Below are positions 58,369-64,000 of a stretch of 64,000 bases of DNA, one piece after another. How positions within the stretch are numbered: the first letter of the stretch is position 1; each line of letters starts with the position of its first letter. The stretch comes from a virus (taxonomy: Duplodnaviria > Caudoviricetes), in the IMG/VR virus record IMGVR_UViG_3300025732_000037, positions 1,834 through 65,833 of that record; one strand, 5' to 3'. The notes under the pieces are model-generated. The model searched no databases. It worked only from the letters and a program-made list of their open reading frames with translations, and was not told where the DNA came from. The position numbers were made by a program, and so were the translations under genes.

Positions 58369-58668
58369 TCATAAAAATGCTGCTTCTAGAGGGTTGAGAT
58401 TAAGTGACATTGCTGTATAGTTCCTGGTATTCTTGAAATCTACAACTTTACCGACTGTAGAACTATTTACAGGACTATAAAACTTACATTTTTTATAATC
58501 ATAAAAACCCCACACACATTTTACTGGTTTACCTAAATTGTAATCAAACTCCCGTTCATAGCAAATCAAGATTCTAAAAACATTACGTTTGAACTCTTCA
58601 ACTTCATAATACATTCCATCTGGTGCTTTGTGTTTGAACTGTGGAATGAGTTTAGTGGAGAGTTTCAT
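58369..58668 (-). CDS. Phage hypothetical protein
   Basis: FKRNV, VWGFY, SPVNSSTVGK, LNPLEAAF. Confidence 0.7.
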   Translation of the reverse strand: MKLSTKLIPQFKHKAPDGMYYEVEEFKRNVFRILICYEREFDYNLGKPVKCVWGFYDYKKCKFYSPVNSSTVGKVVDFKNTRNYTAMSLNLNPLEAAFL

Positions 58669-58828
58669 CAACAATCGTAGTATTTGTCGTATGAGAGTAG
58701 TTTAATCTGTTCTTGGAGTTTCAGGATCTCCTTCTGCTGTTCTGTAATCTTTTGTTGTAGTTGTCCGATGCGGTCTTGATACTGTTGCTTCAGATCAAAA
58801 GCAAGTCGGTTCATTTCAGATCCAATCA

Positions 58829-59068
58829 TCAGGTTGTGAAACTTTCAACAATACGGGATTGTTCTTCATCTACAAGAGCAAACTTCTGCGCGTCTACTAC
58901 AGATTGCATAATCAAACTATCATAATTATCAAGGTAATCCTCCCTCCACTCCAAAAGAATGTCGTGAACCTCATTATCATCTTTACCAACAACTGCAAGA
59001 AGTCCACCATATTCACTGGTTGGAAACTTCGGCCAGAAATTCACCAAATAGAGAAATTTGTTAGTCAT
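58829..59068 (-). CDS. Hypothetical protein
   Basis: 79 aa, FPTSEYGG motif; own promoter. Confidence 0.7.
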   Translation of the reverse strand: MTNKFLYLVNFWPKFPTSEYGGLLAVVGKDDNEVHDILLEWREDYLDNYDSLIMQSVVDAQKFALVDEEQSRIVESFTT

Positions 59069-59092
59069 TCACTTTATCTGTTTAACAAATAC

Positions 59093-59143
59093 ATCATAAG
59101 AACTTTTCTTCCAAAAGTCAAGTGTGCAGTTCTCAAACTGTCC
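59093..59143 (-). promoter_or_regulatory. Early promoter with upstream inverted-repeat box
   Basis: GGACAGTT-N4-AACTGCAC then TTGACT-17-TATGAT. Confidence 0.7.
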
Positions 59144-59177
59144 AGTGAGCACAATAAATCTTGCCTTGATTAGACAT
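59133..59177 (-). pseudogene. 14-codon relic of a GIY-YIG gene
   Basis: MSNQGKIYCAHWTV* (GxIY start) directly after cassette C, running into a promoter box. Confidence 0.55.
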
Positions 59178-59282
59178 AACTGCTCTTTAGTTGACTGACT
59201 TAAGTATTTATACAAGAAAAGGAGCATTTCTGCCCCTTCTCCACCTGTAGAGATGTCAGTCAACTCAGGCATTAGTATTTAG
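59178..59282 (-). ncRNA. Putative antisense-loop RNA cassette C
   Basis: CTAAATA; stem GCCTG/CAGGT with loop AGTTGACTGAC; hairpin AAGGGGCAGAAATGCTCCTT+TTCTT; TATAAATA; leader GTCAGTCAACT. Confidence 0.7.
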
Positions 59283-59845
59283 TTATTATTTTTTAATCTA
59301 GAAGAAACTCCTCAAGAATATAATCACAGGTCACTTCATATTTGGAAGCAAGTTCTTCAATATAAGAACAGAAGTCCTCCGCTTCCCTATCAATCTGAAG
59401 GTCTTTGCGGTCTTTGTTATAGTCAATCAAGTTGCTTGCTCCTTTTGTTGAGTATAGACATCATCAAACCAGTGATTGAGAATATTATCACAGATTTGAT
59501 ATTCTTTACCATTGAGTGAAGTTCGGTGCATTTGCCAATACCTTACGGCATTAAAAATGACTTTCTTCTCCTCTATACTTAATTCGTTCTTCATCTTTAG
59601 GTCTCATCACCTTGAAATAGTATAGCATAATACTGGACACGGTAGCAACCAAAGCAAGATAGATTGCGATTGCAAGTGATAAACTCATCGTATCTGACTG
59701 CTAACTGGTTTCTTAATGTTCTCCATTGCTTGACGACGATAGTATTCTTTATACATTGCATCATCACGCTGGACTAGAAATACATTCCATCCAATCACAG
59801 CAGAGAAAGCAATCAGTCCAGCAGCAAGATACTTTGGTTTCATAA

Positions 59846-60265
59846 TCAAACGTGAAGAGCAGCAGAGGGGATTTCAACGATTTCGGGGAGTTTGGAATCA
59901 TCAAACTGATTCATATTGTAGCACACCCACTCACCGTTGCGGAAGAGATAGGCATACTCTTCCCCATCACAAAGGTATTCACCAATGTTTTTATCAAGGC
60001 GAGGAGGACAATCTTCGCCCCTTTCTCTATAATGAAGCGGACCATAATAACCACGTTGAGTTTTACCTTCTGAAGTGTAAAATCCATCATCAGTCCAGAG
60101 GCAACTTACATCCCCACCATCCACAAGTGCCTCAACTTTCTCACGGGTGTTGTAGTGAGTGCGAAGAATACGACCTGCCCACTCAGGATAGTTATCGTAA
60201 TGGCTATAAATGCTGAGGATACTTCCATCAGAAAGTTCCAAACCCACTCGGCCTCTTGTAGACAT
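59846..60265 (-). CDS. Conserved phage hypothetical protein
   Basis: MSTRGRVG..SIYSHYDNYPEWAG..EEYAYLF. Confidence 0.75.
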   Translation of the reverse strand: MSTRGRVGLELSDGSILSIYSHYDNYPEWAGRILRTHYNTREKVEALVDGGDVSCLWTDDGFYTSEGKTQRGYYGPLHYRERGEDCPPRLDKNIGEYLCDGEEYAYLFRNGEWVCYNMNQFDDSKLPEIVEIPSAALHV

Positions 60266-60292
60266 TTAAGGTGTTTTGTTGAATACCTTGTT

Positions 60293-60350
60293 ATTATACG
60301 GCATCCAGGGCGTCCTACAAGGTCTCCTGTGCCACTTCTTCAACTGCCAC
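60293..60350 (-). promoter_or_regulatory. Early promoter with GTGGCAGTT..AAGTGGCAC box, overlapping the endonuclease 3' end
   Basis: Box, then TTGTAG-16-TATAAT. Confidence 0.6.
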
Positions 60351-60998
60351 AAGGTCTTTATATCTTTTCCATTCTTTGAGTTGAAGTTTTCTCAATCCAA
60401 GTTTATTATATCCATTTTTTATTCTCCAAGGTTGAAGTGCTTTTACAATTTCAACTCTACCATTTTCATAAGTTATTTTCCAAGTTTTTGCTCTTGGATT
60501 ATTAGCACCACTTACATCTAATCCATTTTTATATCTTTCTTTCATCATTTGACGATTTATTTCTTTTTGATGTTCTGGTATAGTTCCACCTTTATTCCAA
60601 CCAATATGCCCTTTATTTGCCTTCCCAATTTTTCTTTTATGATCTTCACTCTTTTTTCTTCCTTTACCAGCAGCAGATAACTTTTCACAATGTTTTTTTG
60701 AAAGTTTTTTCCCAGTATTCCAAGGAATAACACCAGATGCTCCATCGCCACCATTTGTAAGATTTCTTAAAACCCCAGTTCCTAAATCTTTTCTACCAAA
60801 AACAGTAATCATATAGATTTCGTGTTTAAATGCTTCTTCTTCGGTTAGGTTTTGTTTTAGTATGAGTATTCTTTCTTTTGGAGGAACACTAAGATTTTTC
60901 TTTCTTCGGTGTTTAGCATATGCCCTATTACCTTTCCCCTTACCAATATAATAAGGTGTTCCATCTTCACGCAAATATGCGTAAGTGTAGTATTCCAT
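60315..60998 (-). CDS. GIY-YIG homing endonuclease with NUMOD3 repeats
   Basis: [37 protein letters not shown]. Confidence 0.9.
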   Translation of the reverse strand: MEYYTYAYLREDGTPYYIGKGKGNRAYAKHRRKKNLSVPPKERILILKQNLTEEEAFKHEIYMITVFGRKDLGTGVLRNLTNGGDGASGVIPWNTGKKLSKKHCEKLSAAGKGRKKSEDHKRKIGKANKGHIGWNKGGTIPEHQKEINRQMMKERYKNGLDVSGANNPRAKTWKITYENGRVEIVKALQPWRIKNGYNKLGLRKLQLKEWKRYKDLVAVEEVAQETL

Positions 60999-61091
60999 CT
61001 GCTTTAATCGTGGTTATATTTATTTATACAAGAAAGAGGTCATAAAGACCCCTTTCCGCTTAAACAACCACGATTAAGCATCATTATTTAT
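60999..61091 (-). ncRNA. Putative antisense-loop RNA cassette D
   Basis: ATAAATA; stem GCTTAA/TTAAGC carrying GCTTAATCGTGGTT; hairpin GAAAGGGGTC/GACCTCTTTC; TATAAATA; leader AACCACGATTAAAGC. Confidence 0.7.
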
Positions 61092-61092
61092 C

Positions 61093-61929
61093 TCAATACA
61101 ATAAACTCTCCAGAGCATTTACATTAGATTCAACCTTGACTTCTGGATACTTAATAATAATCAGTTCTGTCTTTTTACCTCTACGACTTACATCACCCGC
61201 CATCTGATAATCAAACTCCAAATATCTAAACTCCGTCCAATCTTTATAAAGTTCTTTGAGATAATCAGTATTGTCATAAGACATCACAAATCCACCTTTA
61301 TGTTGTTTCAATACTTCGGCAAGTTTATCGTGATTAAATCCTTCGTGAGTGCTTCCATCAATACCATAATAATATGATGTCGTTTTATAATATGGTGGAT
61401 CCAAATAGATAAAGTCATTCTTATGTTTGGGAATTGTCTCAAAACAATCTCCAAAAGAAAATGAGAGATTTGGATTATAAAATCCAATCAATCTATGAAT
61501 ACCAGCAAGATTTAGGTTTTTTCTTGATGCTTCAGAAGTATGTCCTAGGTCTCCACTAAAAGCACCTTTAATACAAATATAAAATGCCCACGCTCTAGTA
61601 AACTTATCATCACTCTCTAGAAGAGGAAGAAATGATTTGTAGTGTTCTCTATCTTTCAAAGGATAATGCTTTGCTACCTCTTCACCAATCCTTTTACCAC
61701 CTTCAGTTGTTAAGGTTTCCCAGAAATCAGCAAGTGGTTGAAACAAATCATATGCTTGAACTTTCACACCCTGAGATGCTAAGAAGATTTCAATACATCC
61801 ACCACCCATAAATGGAGACATCATATGAGTTAAGTTTGGGCAAACTTCTCTTATGATCTTTACAATCTCATCTTTCATTTTGTTTTTACCGCCAGCATAG
61901 CGATATAAACTTGTGGAAGTATATCTCAT
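61093..61929 (-). CDS. DNA adenine methyltransferase (Dam/D12 class)
   Basis: YAGGK, SPFMGGG, YLDPPYY and FNHDKLA motifs. Confidence 0.9.
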   Translation of the reverse strand: MRYTSTSLYRYAGGKNKMKDEIVKIIREVCPNLTHMMSPFMGGGCIEIFLASQGVKVQAYDLFQPLADFWETLTTEGGKRIGEEVAKHYPLKDREHYKSFLPLLESDDKFTRAWAFYICIKGAFSGDLGHTSEASRKNLNLAGIHRLIGFYNPNLSFSFGDCFETIPKHKNDFIYLDPPYYKTTSYYYGIDGSTHEGFNHDKLAEVLKQHKGGFVMSYDNTDYLKELYKDWTEFRYLEFDYQMAGDVSRRGKKTELIIIKYPEVKVESNVNALESLLY

Positions 61930-61960
61930 AAACTATAGTTTTCTAATCATATTATACATT

Positions 61961-62018
61961 AAAAAAGGTGCTTTATCCCAACCTGAAAAGAACCACCAAC
62001 TCAGGCATTTTTATTTAG
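61961..62018 (-). ncRNA. Orphan antisense-loop RNA cassette E
   Basis: CTAAATA; stem GCCTGA/TCAGGT with loop GTTGGTGGTTCTTT; second hairpin broken; no cognate target downstream. Confidence 0.55.
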
Positions 62019-62185
62019 GTATTGCTTCCAACATAAGATAGAGACCTAACAAACAATTCAGTAAACCTCTCTTGCTTTTCTGGATGAACTGATGCTGGAC
62101 TATCGTTAATTGCCTTTCGAAGAGCATCAAGTTCTCGCCACTCCTCGTCAGTAAGTTCTTGTCGCTCTCTTGCTGAATAAGTCAT
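62015..62185 (-). CDS. 56-aa hypothetical protein
   Basis: MTYSARERQELTDEEW.EL.ALRKAINDSPASVHP. Confidence 0.55.
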   Translation of the reverse strand: MTYSARERQELTDEEWRELDALRKAINDSPASVHPEKQERFTELFVRSLSYVGSNT

Positions 62186-62275
62186 CATTTTGCTCCCATA
62201 TATCTTTAAATCCTAACATTATTTAAGAGAGAAGTGCTGTTCCTTAAGAATGTCTTCAGGGTGTTGTAACAAAAC

Positions 62276-62503
62276 TTAATCTACATCAAAAGACCAACCA
62301 AAGTTACCTTTGCTTCCTGGTTTACGGCTGTCCAGCATATCCATAATCTCCTCAATCTTCTTGCATTGTTCCATATCAAGCAGAAGTTGTGAGAGTTGTT
62401 TAACAACCAAAGGTTTTTCATTCACAGATGCAGACTTGATTGCTGCTCGCAGATGACTTTCTGCCTCAAGTAGGTGCTCTAATGTTTGATGCGAAAGTGC
62501 CAT
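62276..62503 (-). CDS. Hypothetical protein
   Basis: 75-aa helical ORF. Confidence 0.65.
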   Translation of the reverse strand: MALSHQTLEHLLEAESHLRAAIKSASVNEKPLVVKQLSQLLLDMEQCKKIEEIMDMLDSRKPGSKGNFGWSFDVD

Positions 62504-62530
62504 TAAGATTTATTTTTCCTTTTATTTTAC

Positions 62531-63202
62531 TTATTCTATCCTAACTCTCTGCAAGTTGTCAATACCTTTACTCTTTTGATACCTAGACAACCCTCCAGGA
62601 TTTGATATATGTCCAGTAACTAAACATTTCCATTTTTGTGAGCAGGTTTTTGTTCCACCTTTAGAACCACATTTAGACAATTCTTCACTCATCATTTTAA
62701 ATATACCTATATTATTTTCTTTATTTTTTAGTGCATTTTTTCTACCAAGTTTACTTCTTTTTTCTGCAGTCATTCCACAAAATCCAGTTTTGTTCTTTTT
62801 ATTTTTTAATCCATTTTTTCTACCAATTTCAATTCTTTTTTCCTTTGATAATCCACAAAAACCTCTTTTTAATTTTGCATTATCATTTCCTATTTTTTTA
62901 GAATGTTCTTTACAACCATAATAAAATTTTACAGAAGTTTGTTTTGATTTATTTGCAAAATGTGGATTTATATCAACTTCAAAATAATTATGAAGTATGA
63001 TTTCATCTATTACCGATTCCTTTCTTGTAGCATAATCACTTTTCAAAATTATCTTCTTCGTTGGTTTGAAACTTTTATCACTAAAAGAACCAAAATACTT
63101 TACATCTTCTTCCGGAAGACATTTACAGGTTCTACTACCGAAATATCCTCTACCATATTCCTCATAGGAATAATAGACATAATAATACTCTTTAAGTTCC
63201 AT
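62531..63202 (-). CDS. Seg-like GIY-YIG homing endonuclease
   Basis: YYVYYSYEEYGRGYFGSR, D.KYFGS, NPHFAN; basic repeats. Confidence 0.85.
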   Translation of the reverse strand: MELKEYYYVYYSYEEYGRGYFGSRTCKCLPEEDVKYFGSFSDKSFKPTKKIILKSDYATRKESVIDEIILHNYFEVDINPHFANKSKQTSVKFYYGCKEHSKKIGNDNAKLKRGFCGLSKEKRIEIGRKNGLKNKKNKTGFCGMTAEKRSKLGRKNALKNKENNIGIFKMMSEELSKCGSKGGTKTCSQKWKCLVTGHISNPGGLSRYQKSKGIDNLQRVRIE

Positions 63203-63305
63203 AGTTCTACTCTAACTTGTTAGCAATACTATTTATATAAGAAAAGGTGCCCGAAGACACCTTTTCCACCTGATAAGTGCTAACAAGTCAGGTATCTTTA
63301 TTTAT
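63203..63305 (-). ncRNA. Putative antisense-loop RNA cassette F
   Basis: ATAAATA; stem ACCTGA/TCAGGT carrying CTGACTTGTTAGCA; hairpin GAAAAGGTGTC-TTCG-GGCACCTTTTC; TATAAATA; leader TGCTAACAAGTTAG. Confidence 0.72.
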
Positions 63306-63806
63306 TACTTTACGCAAAATGTAACTATTATCCGCTTGAGAAATCCACTCTACCATATCTCCTTCTTTAAGATTTGCTGCTTCTAACAAATCATCGGGAA
63401 AGTTGACATAACACTCTCCAGACAGTCCATCAACCTCTACAGGAAGTTGCCACTTTACTACTTTATCAGTTTCAGCCCACTTATTTACATCTTCCCAAAA
63501 ATCATTCCAAGCACCTTGACATTCTGGTGATGGGTCATCTTTATCACAAACCTTTACTTGATTTCCTTTAGGGTCGGTAACATAATCATCATATGCTTGA
63601 ATGTGACCGATACCATTACCATTCAGCAATGCAAGAAGTTCATAACACTTTTCAGTTTCATTCTTGTAAGTGTAGTAGTTCTCACTTACTACATCTTTAA
63701 TAACATCATAAATCTCCTGTGGTGTTGCTTCACTACAGGAGAGTGCATCGTGCATCCATTCATTTAATTTTGATAATGAGTATTGACGATAATCAAAATC
63801 TTTCAT
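63288..63806 (-). CDS. Protein with C-terminal AbrB/SpoVT-like domain
   Basis: YVNFPDDLLEAANLKEGDMVEW. Confidence 0.65.
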   Translation of the reverse strand: MKDFDYRQYSLSKLNEWMHDALSCSEATPQEIYDVIKDVVSENYYTYKNETEKCYELLALLNGNGIGHIQAYDDYVTDPKGNQVKVCDKDDPSPECQGAWNDFWEDVNKWAETDKVVKWQLPVEVDGLSGECYVNFPDDLLEAANLKEGDMVEWISQADNSYILRKVINKDT

Positions 63807-63830
63807 TTTAATAATGGTGTTTACTTACAT

Positions 63831-63859
63831 ATCATAGTACCACAAAAAGAAAAAGTCAA
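63831..63859 (-). promoter_or_regulatory. Sigma70-type early promoter
   Basis: TTGACT-17-TATGAT. Confidence 0.7.
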
Positions 63860-64000
63860 GTTTTCCTTTTTTTATTTTGATTTCCTTTCATTGCTTCACT
63901 CATTTTCTTTTTAGACTCTTCACTATGTTTTTTGCCTAAATTTGATTCCCTTAATTTCTGCTTATGTTCTTCCGATTTTGGTTTTCCTTTATGCGTTTCA
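63856..64000 (-). CDS. C-terminus of a NUMOD3-containing homing endonuclease (partial)
   Basis: Hand translation HKGKPKSEEHKQKLRESNLGKKHSEESKKKMSEAMKG..KT*. Confidence 0.75.
   Translation of the reverse strand, partial: ETHKGKPKSEEHKQKLRESNLGKKHSEESKKKMSEAMKGNQNKKRKT

Noticed and set aside
59069-59272. 67-aa minus-strand ORF MPELTDIS...
   Set aside because: It spans RNA cassette C, a relic and a promoter, so it is better explained as a chance frame.
1-64000. tRNA genes, group I introns or inteins
   Set aside because: No cloverleaf was recognised, and core genes such as g17, g18 and g20 are uninterrupted and of normal length. tRNAscan was not run.

Overview
A 64-kb segment of a T4-like cyanophage-type myovirus, encoded almost entirely on the minus strand. 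Bases 1-41 kb are the conserved virion module: gp21 protease, gp67-like core, gp20 portal, gp19, gp18, gp17, gp16, gp15, gp14, gp13, a 2617-aa structural protein, gp8, a giant gp7-like gene broken by one in-frame TAA, gp6 and gp25. Bases 41-64 kb are a hyperplastic accessory region. It holds many small ORFs, seven homing-endonuclease genes or relics (an eighth sits next to g21), two DNA methyltransferases, a putative restriction endonuclease, an SF2 helicase, an ArdA-like protein and a GH73 hydrolase with a T4-type capsid-targeting N-terminus. Two non-coding systems stand out. (1) A recurring ~100-nt cassette precedes unrelated GIY-YIG and HNH endonuclease genes: late promoter > stem-loop with a variable loop > GC-rich hairpin > second late promoter > leader > ATG. 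In all five complete copies the variable loop is the reverse complement of that gene's own 5' leader, and a sixth copy is an orphan. This suggests a modular antisense-RNA/RNA-switch controller. (2) Fifteen copies of a 35-bp element (ATTAAAGTTACTCACCTYYAAAGTGTYCTAGTAGT on the coding strand) lie between stop and start codons and divide 41.9-57.2 kb into gene cassettes. All calls are by eye from the sequence and ORF track; no database searches were run.
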